DNA of 64,000 bases from the NCBI RefSeq assembly GCF_009914755.1, contig NC_060926.1; one strand, given 5' to 3'. This DNA comes from the human T2T-CHM13v2.0 reference genome, Homo sapiens. Shown piece after piece: positions 14,060 to 30,500 of the stretch; the first letter of the stretch is position 1, and every line of letters starts with the position of its first letter. The notes below the pieces were generated by a model, which did no database searches, had not been told where the DNA came from, and saw only the letters and a list, made by a program, of their open reading frames with translations. A program made the position numbers and the translations under genes.

Positions 14060-15994
14060 GTGACCTCTAGGGAATTTTACTTCTTGGAGGAAGTCATTCT
14101 TGTTTTACTTTTCAGGTTCATTGAAGTATTTTGGAGTTCTTGCAGGCTTTCTCTAAGTCTTCAGCCAAACACTCACACTAATAGTCCTTACCAAATAAAT
14201 ATTTCACTGTTTTTTTCATTGAAAGTTCTTGGGGCTCCAGCTGGAGATGAACGCTACAGCCCTCCTGAATGTGCATCTGTTCCAACAGAATGAATGGCAT
14301 TCTCTATTACAGCCTTCTCATATATGTAAGCTGAACTGTTTTAGTTTTGTAAGGCTGACTGTATAAATATAATTCTTTATCTACCAGAAGTTTGTGAAAA
14401 TATCTGAATGTCATATCTGTAGAAGGCATCCTCTCTTGATTTCACAGTGCCATGAATTTATTCTTTTTTGTCTCCCTTCACTGTTATTTCAAAGGGATTT
14501 TGGAAGGGAGAAGAGGAATATGTATGCTTTGTATGGCATTATTGAACCAGAAGTTAACTATAAAATCTTAAAGTACTATATATCTGCATTTCTATATGTG
14601 GTTTATATTTATAAAGAAACATTGTATATGTTGTTTCTGAATCTTTTGAACAATCTTGACACTTAGATGTGACTTGCCTTGTCTTTTCTGAATCCTGGGC
14701 CTTTCATTTATACATTAGAGATGCCGCTGCTACTCCTTATATCACAGCTTTTTAAGATAAAAAGAGACCAAATATGTAATGCAACTATAGCACCTAGAAC
14801 ATAGTAGATGCTCTGAAAATATTCATTTGTTTTTGTCCAGTGCTAAGTCCTATAGCATTTTTAGGTCTCTGGCAACTATGCGCTTAGCATAGTTTACTAT
14901 TACGGTGACTGCAATGCCCACTTACCCGCCCCCCCTTCCTGAAGTGCTTTTGTATATAGCTCCCTATGCCACCAGCTTATTTTTAGGTCACTGGTTTGTA
15001 AAATTCCTCTCATAAGGATTCTCTTACATTAAAAAATTATTAAAATCTTGAGATTAGTTTCTGCATGACACTGTTTAATAGAATGATATGCTTGAAGGAT
15101 TTTTTTTCTCTATAGAGATACATCCCTTTCAGCTGATTAAATGTGTTATCTGTGGCCAATGAATATAGGAAAAAAATTCTCTCTTTTAATGTTGTTTCGT
15201 AGGCTAATGAGATTGATTCTTATAGTATTAATGTGCAGGGATTTTTCAAGATGGAGAATTGTCAACTCATTGTTAGTGCAATAAAGTTCTTACAATGCTC
15301 TTGTGCCATCTTTGTTTCATTGGCCTCTTTTGATACTTTACTCCTTTTGCTTTCTCATGTGTCTCATGGGCTTGGATTACAAGTCTGAATGTACAGTGTG
15401 GGTCTGGTGCATCAGATCTGTTTATGTGTCCCAGTTACTGATCTGCTGCAATATGTGGCTAGTGTTTCCAGACAGATTCGTAATCCTAGGTGAGGGAGAG
15501 ATCTTCAATGTTCAGGGTCACTGCATTTCACAAGAATGGAGAATTAGATGAAAGCTCAAAACACATTATCTGTTAGATTTTAAAACCCTGAGAATTTCCA
15601 GGGAAACATAGTCCTTATGTATCTCATTTATTTACAAACTTTTCTTATCAAAATGTCATGTTAAGCTCAGAGGTGCCCAGGACATCAGTTAAACCTTTTA
15701 AAGCCTCCTCATTTGCTTGTGCAACAGGAAATCATGTTTTGGCAAGTAAAAGAGGCTCTGTCTGCCATCTAAGCCCTCTGTTTCTCAACATTTAGCTGTT
15801 TTTAATCATTCTCCAAATCAAGAGATTTAAGACACAAATTTGTTTTCATATTATTAAAAAAGGACTGATGTTACAGGCATATAAGTAAGAAAGGACATGG
15901 AGGGAGTAGTGGCACTACTATGTTGACTTGGAGATCCTCAGGGGAAAGAAGAAAAAAGTTTTTAAATTATGCTTTTTTTAAATGAAGAGGTTAA

Positions 15995-16360
15995 TTAATT
16001 TATTTTTACTTATGTTCTGGCATACATGTGCAGAACATACAGGTTTGTTACATAGGTATACATGTGCCATGGTGGTTTGCTGCACCCATCAACCCATCAT
16101 CTACATTAGGTATTTCTCCCAATGCGATCCCTCCCATTGCCCCCCAACCCTCAACAGGCCCCAGTGTGTGATGTTTCTTCCCCTCCCTGCGCCCATATGT
16201 TCTCATCGTTCAACTCCCACTTACGAGTGAGAACATGCAGTGTTTGGTTTTCTGCTCCTGTGTTAGTTTGCTGAGAATGATGGTTTCCAGCTTCATTCAT
16301 GTCCCTGCAAAGGACATGAACTCATTCTTTTTTATGGCTGCATAGTATTCCATGGTATAT
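15995..16360 (-). mobile_element. L1PA/PB 3' end fragment
   Basis: 'catacatgtgcagaacatacaggtttgttacatagg...gctgcatagtattccatgg'. Confidence 0.9.
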
Positions 16361-16858
16361 ATTCTCAATTTGTAGGGATGTGTCTCTTACTCCAGAGAAG
16401 GAGTCTCTTATTTAATAATTGTAAACAGTGCAGAAGGAACTTAAAAATCATGGTGAAAATTAAGAATAATATTTTATATTTCAGAGTTGGTTTGCAATAA
16501 TGTGAATGCCCACCCACCCTTTGTGTTCTGTGATGTAAAATAAAAGAATTAATTATGGATTAAAAACTATCCTGTAGTCATTGGGATTGCTTCCAAAACA
16601 ATACTCTCATATCCATTTCATCTTACTGCCAATTTAAGTAAAGAAAATCAGAATTAGAACTTCAGACAACTAATAGCTTTCAAATTTCTACTTTAAGTTT
16701 AGTCCACCCTTGATACCTTTCTTATATATAAATATTAAAAAAATTTTCAAATAGTGTGATAATACACGTGAATGAGTTAAATAAAACAAAAATTGTTTAT
16801 ATGGATTGAATTATGGAATAAACAAATATATATATAAACATTTTCAAATATAAAAATG

Positions 16859-16975
16859 TTAGACTGGTGCAAAGGTAATTGCGGGTTTTGCCATTACTTC
16901 TAATGGCAAAAGTAATAAATAATTAATAAATAAAGTTATAAATAAATAAAGTTTGTAAGTAAACTTTAAACCTAA
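16859..16975. mobile_element. MADE1 (Hsmar1 MITE) with disrupted right arm
   Basis: 'ttagactggtgcaaaggtaattgcgggttttgccattacttctaatggcaaaa', then an AT-rich filler, then terminal 'aacctaa'. Confidence 0.85.
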
Positions 16976-19900
16976 TAAAGTTCTTAATAGTGTTGATAAC
17001 TATTGATCAGATGTTTCTTATAATACCTTGGAGTTTTGTCCTTAACTGAACCAGTTTTTGTGTATAATTGTATTCACAATTCACAAAAATGAGTGTTATT
17101 GGTAAATATTTCCACTTGTCTTGTCTTACAAAACACAGGCTCAGAAACTGCACCAGAAGTACTGATGTGATTTCAGTGAAGTAAGATATTTGATTTTGTT
17201 TCTTATCTTTGGTGAAAACTTACAGATTCCAGATCATATGGAATCCCATGCAAAATTCATTTGTCTGACTTGTGTCTTGTATCCTGGCCTTCCAGTTATA
17301 CATGAGTTTGAATTTGGGCTCTGCTACGTGATACTGAGCATTAAGCAACCTCTCTGAGGCTGTTTCCTGAGGTGTATATATATAAAAGGAGGATAAGAAC
17401 TATACGCCTCTAGAGTGTCTTGAAGATTAAATATCTCCAGTGTATACTGTATGGATGATGGAAAGGTCTCAACAAGTAGTAGCTGTTGTTATTTTTATTG
17501 TTGCTACCACTAACAATAACAATACATTTCTCTATTCAGAATGACTTCAATGGCTATGTTTGTCTTATCATTGAATGTACTTTGTTAGTTGAAAGCCATA
17601 CTATTAATATTTCTTTGAGATGAAGGTATCAGTTTTGCCTTCCTTTAATTGTTGATTGTTCTTACTTTGTAGGTGATTTAAAAGATAGATTATTCTATGA
17701 TGGAATCAGACTAAAGTGTGTCATTATGATGAATAGATTCAAATATAGATTGAAGGGTGACACCATTTTTAAGAATATCATTTTCACTTCTCTGGGTCAT
17801 AACAAAAAGAAATGAGCACCAGTGTTCACTGTCAACGTTGCATGAGTTTCAAGAAATTAAGGCCCTTTCTGCCTCTTATAACCAAAGGATAATTTAAAAG
17901 AAAGGGTTAAAGTGAGAATTTTGCTTTTCATGAAAGTAAAGAAAAAGGAAAATCAAATAAAAAATTGCTGCCAAGGGAGAAAGAGAATTGGAGAACTGTG
18001 ACAAAATCCCTCTGGGGTCCAGATTGTTGGTGCAATGAGAGAGGTTAAAGTGAATGGAACAATGGGAAATCAGTCATGAGCCTGAAGCTAATCATTTGGC
18101 TTCTGAATAAAACGGGGAAAGAACCAATATTTTAGAAAGAGAAGAAAGCCTACAGAGCTGGTGCAGAAGGAAGTTCCTTTATCCAAGAACAAAAAGGCAA
18201 AGAGAATTAATAAACGATTTACTGGAACCTGAGTGGTATCTGAGAAAGATTTACATATTCTAAAGAGGTTTCTTTTTCCAGATAGTTGAAACAATGTTAT
18301 AAAATATTGCCTTTCAGAAAATATTTGATAACATATCTGCAATCTTTTGAACATATTCTTTGATTTCCTTCTTTTCCTTCACAATTATAAACACAGGAGG
18401 TCTCCTGTAAGTCTAAAGAGTGTCTGACTGAGGCTAAAATATGTTATTTTCAGTATACCTAGAGATTGCCGTTTTTCCCCCTCAATTGCATTAATAATAC
18501 TAGAGTTGTGTGTGTGTTTTTATTTTCTCATTTCCCATACTGTACGAAAGGAAATGTAATACAATCTTTAAATGATTGCACAATTATAAAGAAACAGAAC
18601 TATTGTTTGAAAATTTGCACCACCATTAGCTAACTTGAAATGTTCATCTAAATACTGCTAAAAAATCTGGATTTTATGTGTGGAAGGTGTTTTAGAGAGG
18701 TAAAAATATGATGTAAGGAATTATGGGTTGAATGAAAGTGAAGGAATCCCTTTAAGAGGATCCCTAATGATTTGTAAGATAACTTCCTACAAAATGCTTG
18801 AGTGAATTGCTTGCTAGATTTCAAAATCAGCATTGTTTGGCAGCCAATAAAGTGAAGTATTTCCAGTATATTAACATTTAAATGAAATAATTGGGAATGG
18901 ATGGGTGGAGAAGAGATTTACGTATCTTACTAGGAAACTACAGAAAAAGTCAATGCTGACAATATCAGATTTAAAAACTAATTGCTCAAAATGGAGTGCT
19001 CACCTATGTTTGATACTCAAATTTATGTCATCAACTTTAAGGACTATTTTTCTCCTTTTCATGAGACACAACAGTGGGCACACAAGAGCAAGAAGAAAGA
19101 CAAAGGGAAACCCCAGTGAATTCACAGCTGCCTCATTTTGTGCCAGACATAATCATCAAATATTTGGTAAACTCACCGGGGGACAAGAAATGTAAGACTC
19201 TTAGTTGACAAAGTTTCCATTCAACTTACAAAAAAAAAAAGTTTACCAGTGGCTCCAAAAAGGTACAACTCAGTGTAAACAGAAAGAATAGGGTCCTAGG
19301 TTCCTGGATGGAACCAAGAGTCTGGTCCTGATGCTACATTTAACTCACTGTGAAAATTGGAGTATATCATATAATTTAATTGATCCTCAATTTCTCCACT
19401 TGCAAAGTAGGTTGAATGAGTTAATCTTGGTGATCTCTTTGAGTTCTAAAATTCTGTGATTCTGCGTTTCATGTTCAAAATGTTAGAAAGTGATTGTCAT
19501 ATGTATGTTATACATAAGGTGCTACAGCATTTCAGAAGAAGAAATTGCTTCTAACTTTGAATTTCATGGAAATTCATAGGTATGAATTTCACATGTGGAA
19601 ATTAGGGGAAATGCATTTGGATCAGAGGGAACTGCAAAGATATGAAGATATATGATGAAGCCTTTACAAAGAACAAGTGATTAAACTTTTTAAAAGCTTT
19701 TCTAATTTTTCTTTTCCAAAGTAGCCTTTATAAGAAACACATCTCTGTGATTAAAAAGTCTTAAGTAAGTGGGAGTCAAATATTAAGTTACAGAGAGATT
19801 TTATTTCTGATATCCAAAAAATTATAAGCCCATCGAAGAAAATTTGCACAATACAACAATTATAAGAAAATAAAACCATTGCAATTCCAACATGCAGAGA

Positions 19901-19980
19901 TAATTACTGTTAATATTTTGATTTTGGTGTACTTCCTTCTAACTTTCATTTTACACATAAATATACACACATTCATACTA

Positions 19981-20250
<270 letters not shown>

Positions 20251-21029
20251 CTATGCTCCCCAGTCTGTTTTGTCAGGAATTAGTTTTGTTCAAATGGTAC
20301 TTTAAATGGTCACAAGAGGAAGTAGTTGCTAAGGTTGGGTCATGATAGGAATATTTGTTAGGATATGATAAGTAATTTTTTCAGTGGTAGGGGTGGCATT
20401 TGTTCCCTTGGCATTAAATTCTAGGTTCCTGGAGGGCAAGGATGAGTCTTTGGTACCACCAGGGCACAGTATTGGACTTGACATGGAGTAAATGCTCATG
20501 CTTGTTGAACTACACTTTTAGGATGAATAATTCTTTTAGAGGAAGGCCAAATGCAGAAAATTTTTCTTGCTGGGAGCTAGAGAAAACTTCTGTGTATTTG
20601 GAAATTCCTGATCAAAGGCACCATTTTTCTACTTGCTAGTGTTTTCCTGTGTGTGGTAATGTATAATTATCACTAGACGCATGTATGGTGATTTCAGCTG
20701 AGGCATGGATAAAATAGGACAAATTAATAGAAATGTATTTATTTTAATGTGTATTAGTAAAAATAATATAACTAACACATCAGAGTTTTGATCCCAAGAA
20801 TATTACTGTATAGAAAAAGGCCAAATTCAATGTAAAGAAAAAGATTAAGTAAATAATGAGACAAATGTTATTAGGATACATCAAACACTGTAGAAGTTGA
20901 ACCTGAATGACAAAGGTTTGAAAACACAACTTTGTCAGATTTCCTGGAATGGGCAAGGGGTGTCAGTACCTTTTCTACCTTTTTTCTTACTTCCTTTCAT
21001 GTAGAAGCAAGTACTTAATTTCTTTTTAA

Positions 21030-22479
<1,450 letters not shown>

Positions 22480-23758
22480 CTACTTGGAGGACTCAACTAG
22501 TTATTCTCAACATCTTTTCAAGCACCTTTTGCTGTTCCTTTGTTTTTATTTGTTAATCATGATACTGTAATTGTATTTGCCTTCCAATCAAGAATTGTCA
22601 AGTGTTCTATGGGAAAGTTATTCCAGTCACTGAAAAATTTTTTAACAACATATAACAGAGCTATAGCTTATTTGGGCTTTGCATTTAATTGACTGTTAGA
22701 CTGGACATAGGCAGTTCTGCTATTGGTAAAACGAAACAGGTAATCTCTCTAGAGTTGCTTCTAGCTCTAAGAAAACCTCTCCCAAAACAAAAAACAAACT
22801 GTGTTCCTCGATTTCTGATCTCTGTGTTCAAATATGTTATGAGATTTAAAGTTGTGCTGCACTGTACTTTATGGTCAGCCTCACTAAGCTACTTAGCGTT
22901 CTCAGAAGTCACTATGTTCTATGCAACTTCAGTTTGCTTCATTTCCCTCAGTTTGTGAATATTAGACTGAACTCCCATAAAGAGAAAGCATTGGTTTTAC
23001 ACGTGAGATATTAAATAAGCATGCATAATCACCCTGTCCATTCTTTGGTATGAGAGGCTCACTCTTAAACTCTGATATAAATAGTTGTCGGGGTTATAAG
23101 CACCTCCCAATGTCTATACTTACAGCCCTGAATAAAATGTGGATATGTGATTTTTTGTGTTATTCAGTGTGACTTTTTGTGTTCAGAGAAGACTATTCAG
23201 AGTTTACTTTTAGTTTAAAAAATTAGTAATACCTGGTTCTTAGCCTCTTAAGTTTAGCTTCCATATCTTATTATTTTGTTTATAAGTCTAGAAAAGGTTA
23301 CATATATTTAAAGACCCTTTGAATAATATTTAGTTCAATTTAAACATATTTATTTCCAAGTGTTTTTATATATTTGATATACTTTATTTCCTTTAAAAAT
23401 AATTCTTTGACTTAATAAAGTCTTCCAAAGCACTGTTTTTTAAAAACTCTCTAATTAAACTTAAAAATATGGTAAACATATATGTTCAATGCTTCGTATA
23501 AAGCATTGACTGAAAATTATTAATCTAAGTCAATCATTCAGTTATACATTTTAAATTAGAATCATGAGGCTGTCACTCTAATAGGCCATTTTTAAACAAG
23601 CACAGAAAATGGCAAATATGTTTAGACTACTTTCTAACATAAAAATATTATTATTATGGTTTTGATTTTCTTAAATACCTTTCTATACTTTTAAATCTTC
23701 TTGGAGCTGAAAAATGTGAACTCCTTAAGTCAGGTGGTTATCACCCCAGTTAACTGAG

Positions 23759-24094
23759 TGTCTCAGTCAATTTGGGGCTGCAGTAACAAACTATCATAGA
23801 CTAGGTGGCTTAAACAACAGAATTTTATTTCTCACAGTTCTGGAAGTCTGCAAAGGTCAAAATCAAGTTGCTGTCAGATTTAGGTGTTTGGTCAGGGGCC
23901 ACATTCTGGTTCATGTTCTCACATGAAGAAAAGGATGAGGGTGCTCTCTGGGATCTGTTTTATAAGGCACTAATTGTATGGCTCTGGTCTCATGACCTAA
24001 TCACCTCCCTGAAGCCTTACCTTATAATATCATCACATCGGAAGTTAGGATTTCAACATATAATCTTGGGAGACACGAACATTTAGTTCATAGC
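23759..24094 (-). mobile_element. MLT1A-like MaLR LTR
   Basis: 'ggggctgcagtaacaaactatcatagactaggtggcttaaacaacag...catttagttcatagca'. Confidence 0.85.
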
Positions 24095-25292
24095 ATTGAA
24101 TTTATTTATGACTAGATACTTGTGTCTGCTCACTGTCCAGATTCTTGTTGGAGACGCTGAGGGGCACAGTGAACCACATTTGTAGTTTCTGTATCAATAA
24201 TTCCAACAGGTGATCACAGAGCCCACCACCCTGGATTTGAGTTGTTTGAGTTTTATACATTGCTTAATTCTTTGGTGTGTTAGAGAAATCTACAAACTCT
24301 AATCAGGATGATTACTTGTATATATCATTTCAACTCTAAAGACTTTTGAACTTAATGAAATTCTAAGGTATAAAATGTTTTTCCAAGTAAATTTTAAGGT
24401 GTTTGAACCTGATGAAAGCTTAGAATCTCCATTTTCTTTTTAATCTCCTTATAAATATTAAAATGATATCTGATTGACATTGGATATTTCTCAGCTTTCG
24501 TTTCACTTCCGGACCCGACTTAAGAGGTCTACTGCTAGAAAAGAAAGCCCAAGCCTGAGTTTCACAGACCCTTCCCTGACTTAGTTAAATGGCCTTTAGT
24601 AGGTCTGAGTAGTAGCATTGATCAAACATGATTGATACTGGATACTGAGTTCATTATAATCAACTAGGAATCCAAAGACCTTTAATTCTTTTCTGAGTAT
24701 AGTATAACATTCAGACCAGGCTTAGAATAAATCCTGAGAATAAGAGAAAAAGGAAATGGGCTGAAAGAGACTCCGGGCTAAAAAGATCTTTCCTCCGTTT
24801 AAACTGAGGCTCCGCAGAACCACATTGCCTAGTTGAACTATTAGTCCTGCACCAGGGTAATTAGGCACTTGGTTTCCCCATTGCTTCTTCAGAATACATC
24901 AATTAGAAAAAAACAAGGGGCATCAAAATAATACGCAATTATGGATATTTCTCAGGTTCTTCTTGATGCTTAATAAGTGACAAATAAGATTATAAAGCTT
25001 TATTTTGCTCTAACCATAATTGGCTTTTATTATACACTAAGATATTGCTTTGGGGCAATATCTTAATTATTTTTTGATAACAGCATTGAGGTTTTCATTT
25101 ATTTTTACATCCTTACATGTGGTTGGAGGATGGCTAGTATGGGTTGAGATTTTGTCTGAGAATGTGGACTAACCTGAAGGAGACATTCAGTCTTGGTCAT
25201 ATTAGCATATTAGCATCAGGGTCTACACAGCCTGTGGCTGTCTCTCTAATGCAACTAGTTGCTGGTCCATCTGGACATATATGTTTTTCTAG

Positions 25293-25644
<352 letters not shown>

Positions 25645-27114
25645 CTTTCTATTCTTTATTTTGTGTCCTTACATTCCTTCGCTTCTTTTAGGTTGAAAAG
25701 AAATTATTTTCTGAAGTCAGCTTGAAAAATTTGTCTTTTTAAATTTGGGACTAATTTATACCCCACTCCATCTCATCCTTTACCCTTAAGAAACAACATT
25801 CTCTGTATTTTACTTAATAATTTTGATGTCTTTGATTTACATTTTATAGGCACAGGAAAAATAGGACAAGTCTAATTAAAACCTCAACTGCTGCATACGC
25901 ATTTCCAGGTTTCCTCTTAATGTGGATAACATTTTGTTCTAATGAAAGGTAAGGCTTCATTTCAAGGGCACTGTCTGGGCGATGCAGATTCTTGGATTCC
26001 TCTGTGTTTCATTGAAACTCATAATGTGCCTGAATGACTAAAGGGAGCACGGATGTTTTTATATTCCTCAATGGATGTCTGTTGTAATCAAGTTCAAGTA
26101 GCAAACAAAGCTCAATGTGAATGAACACAAGGGTGTCATCTATCAGTGGCATCTCCATATTTGAGTTATTATGCCATTCAAAATAAAGGCAACAGACAGA
26201 CTCTGTTGTAAGTGAACACTGAATCTCTCAGTTTAGTTCGTTCAGATATTGTTGATGTGTCATTAACATGAGAGTGACCTGGAAGAGAGCCAGATTCTCT
26301 GCTCTATCTAAAAATGGATGACTGTACCGCTGAGAATACTGTGAAGCCAATGTAGAAAATCACTTCTTTTGGAAAGGTGCAGTCTTTAGGCTGAAAAATT
26401 CTCAATCTAGACATTAGACTGTAAATGACTGAGGACTTATTTGCAGAGCATTCTTGGCTAAAGGACTAATATTCTTTCCTTGATGTCTTTAAACAAATGT
26501 TATTCGGCTTGCTTTGTTTTTTCTGGACACATTGTTACCGACATTAAAAAGAAGGTAACATAAACTTTTTGCCAATTGTTTTTTCCTAGAGGAGATTCTT
26601 AGTTGTACAAAAATTAACCTATTCAAATAGCTCAACTGAAGGGGGGATGGTATTTACTGAAAAATGCTAAGATCTTATGAATCTGAGAAGAGCAAATGAA
26701 GATTTGGGCTTTTATAACTGAAGTCAAGAACTGAGTTTCCTTGCTCCTTCTTTTTCAGTGTTTTCTCCATTCTTCTTTCTCACAGTTAGTTTCCTGAGTA
26801 TATTCCTCTTGCACAGAAGGCTATACGGCCATCTCAACATTGACGATACATGATCTTTTAGCTTAAATCCTTGTGTCAGATGGACTCAGACTTCCAGTGC
26901 CTCAATTCTAAAATCCTTACAGATAAATCTTATTAATTGTTAGCAATATGCAGCTGAGCTTAGCTCAGGAGCCCCTCCCTGACTACTCTGATGTGTTCAA
27001 GGATTAACAAGTATGGTCATGCAGACTTGAATGAGGTAGTCTCTATTGAAGTAGTTGTGGTTTGAGTAGACATTCATACTTGTGTCTATTACAGTCCCTA
27101 TGCTGTGTCTAAAT

Positions 27115-27368
27115 CCATGGCCTTAAAACTTTTTCCACCACAACCCAGAGGAATAAATACGTTTTTAAATCCCATTCCAGCATTCATCTATGTATAAATT
27201 CTTGAAACAGTACTTTCCCTTATTACATGTGATACACTCTCATATTTCCTTTTTTTATTTATTTCTATCTCAATTCATTCCATTAAATAAAAGCTTGGTG
27301 GTCTTGGCTAACATAATTGATTTCATGACTCACTAATGATTTGCAACTTTAGTTTCAAAAGCACTGGT
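27115..27368. mobile_element. hAT-Charlie (MER1-group) non-autonomous DNA transposon relic
   Basis: 'aaactttttccaccacaacccag...gcaactttagtttcaaaagcactg' resemble Charlie-type termini. Confidence 0.5.
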
Positions 27369-27459
27369 CTTCATATTGTTTTCCTTTGTAGCTCTTATAA
27401 TTACAGTTGGCACTTCTGTTATATTTTTGTAGTTTTCTTTGTAGCAGATATCACAATTA

Positions 27460-27596
27460 TAATAGCCTCCCTTGTTAAACTGTAAACCACATTAAAGCAG
27501 AGACTGTGTCTGTCTTGTTTACTTCTGTATTCCCAGCACCTAACAGAGTTCCTGGCACACAGTAGATGCTCAATTGAGTAAATATTGATGAATGAG
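27460..27596. mobile_element. L2 3' end
   Basis: 'ctgtattcccagcacctaacagagttcctggcacacagtagatgctcaat...gatgaatga'. Confidence 0.8.
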
Positions 27597-30500
27597 TACA
27601 AGAAGACCCAAACAGATGGCACCCTTAATGGCTCACCTGGTTCTTTGCAAGGAGGAGATTCAGATACATATAAAATTCGCTAATTTGGTATAGCCCTGCT
27701 GATAGAGAAAGCAGATGGAAAGGCCCAGCAGGAGGCTCAGTGGAGCAAGCAGGCCAGGCCAGAGAGCTAGGTTCCCACATAGTTACCGACAGCTGAGTGA
27801 AATTCTTTCACCAGGGAAAATTGACTGTTTTAAGGGAAGGATCTGTGTCAGGGCTGAGCTCAGGTCTCTTGATTCTTTATCTAAAATGTATTCCACCACA
27901 CTACAATGACTTTTTGGTTAGATTTCCAAAATTTCATTTTTGGTATTTTAATTTTTCCCTTTTTAGCTCATAATAAAGAAAGATGGAGAAAGAACCACAC
28001 TTTTTTTTTTTTTGACATAAAACACCATGGTACCTGTTTTCCAATGAGATGAAGACATCTGGTTAGGGAGATTAATAGCACACAGAGCTCTCTTCCCTCT
28101 CCTCTTGCTATCCTTATCCTATTTAGTGACTGACTCCCATCCCATCAAGATTCATTTAACTAACTTCTGCAATATATGACTCCTACTTTTCTGTAACAGT
28201 TATTTCAAAAACTACTTTTCATAAGTGGATATTTTAAATGGTGTCACCTACTTTCTTTTCCCATATGCACAGATTTTGAATCTATAGGACAATTTAATCA
28301 TTATTATGGTTTCATCTATAGATTTACTGAATAATCTATAGTTACAAAGCTGAATTTATATAAAAAGCAATTCACAGATTGATAAACTTTCTATATAGCT
28401 TCCTGGTGTCCTCAAAGCAGGGCTGAGAGGACTATTACTTTAACGCTCAATCAGTTTCATCTGTTCTAAATATTAATTTATAAGGTGAGAATACTCCACT
28501 TCTCAAAATTAGCCAACTTAATATTGAATTAAATGGTCAAAGTACAATTCAATTTATTATAACTGGGTATGATATGTAAATTTATCATCCACACATATTC
28601 ATAACTCTTTTGGGAGGGGAGAATTTATATGTCAGGCCAGTGTTTCTCAACCCTTTTTAATAGACTGTGTAAGCTTGCAGGGTACAGTAGACAGACTTCT
28701 ACTTCTACTTCTACAGTAGACTGACTTCAGACAGTAGGGAAGCTTCCTTCTGTTGTAGATGACCATTCCAGCTTTAGTCAAATAAATATGGGAATACCTG
28801 CAGCAGGTATAAATTTTGTCCACAGTACTTGAATTAATGCATTCATAGCTTTTGGGGGGCAATCCTTTGCTCTTCAGTCCAATCCCATTTGATTCCTTAA
28901 AGAGAGTAGCTCTATACATTTTGTACTAAGCTCAGAGTGGGAATTTTTGCTAGGGCTGAAACTCTTGGCCTCTTGTGTTCCATCTTCTCAGAACCTTCTC
29001 AGAAGGTTCACTTTCGTCTAAGGTTCTGCTAATTCTCCTGGCACTCTGGGAGCACGGTTCTGGTTTCTGCTCTATGAGTGACCCATAAACTCTGCCAATT
29101 TATTCTAAGTCCCACTGAGAAAAATTCTTAAAGAGTTACTATTTGTCATTTAGGATATATTTTACATAAAGAGTAAATAAATATACATGTATGTACACAC
29201 ATATGTGTATATATATGTATAATGAATATGTATACACGCATATATATGTTATACTACGCTTTCTCTTCCTATAAATATATACTCTATATGTAGTCTAAAA
29301 ATGCTTTGTTATTGAAGATCTGTTTAGCTAGTAAGTTTCTTTTCATTCATGAAAAAGACAAAATATATGTTTCTAGAGGTTATTTAGTAATTACATAACA
29401 TAAATTGGATATAGAAGTTATATAAAGTTTAATCTCTAATACTGTAAAAATATCTCTTGAGGGTATTGTGGTCTTGTTTTCAAAGAGTTATATTTTAGGG
29501 ATACATACTAATATGTTTACAGAGAAAATAATCTGACATTTGGGACTGGTTCAAAAATGATCTGGGCAAGAGGAGGGAAGTTATAGATGAAACAAACTTG
29601 ATTATGTTGATAATAATCTTAATTTTTCTGTATACATTTGAAATTTTCCTAATTAAAAAATACCCATATGTTTGAAACACATATACTTCTGTCCTCTGAC
29701 CCCACACTCATAGGGAAAATTGGTGGAAATAAAATGCAGATCTCCTGCAGTGTAAACGTGTGACCCTCAAGCCCTAAGTTGTCAAAACTTCCAATTGCTC
29801 AGTGGCACTAAAGTGCATGCATTTATTTCCAGGAGTATTTAGCCCATGTTTCTATTCATTTCCTCATCATTAAATCTCAGTTTCAATAGCACAGGGTGCC
29901 ACAAGCTAAGAATCAGGTGAAACTTCCTATGAAAATAAATGCAGAAATTCCCAATTGTGTCTATCCTAATAAAAGCAAAAGGAACAACTAATTACCTATC
30001 TTATTTTAGAAAATAAAGTCATTGACAAGGTCATAGCCCTGCTATCCAACCTGACTGTGGATTATTCTGAGTACAAAGCAAAGCTAGTTTTTTTTTTTCT
30101 TGCCAGCGAACTCTACAAGGATATACCTATACTGATCTTTCTCAGGTTATTTTGTAATCACACTAAACTTGACTCCATGGCACCTAATTATTCCTTCAGG
30201 AACCCCTCCTTCCCTGCCACTGACCATGTATAGAAATCTGAAAACATTTATAAAATACAGTTGAATATATATTTTTTGGTAATAAAGATTTTATATTTGA
30301 AGACATGTTTACTAAAAGGTATTTCATTTATAAAAATTTAAACTTTCCTTAGTTTATATTTGACATTATTAGAAAATCAGTTCTCCATGTGGAACCTTTC
30401 ATCTAAAATGTCGCAGGAACTGGGAATGGAAAAAAGGAAACTTTACACATTCTTTCACATCTTGAGTTTTTCACATGCTTTTTCTTTGCCTGAAATCTCT

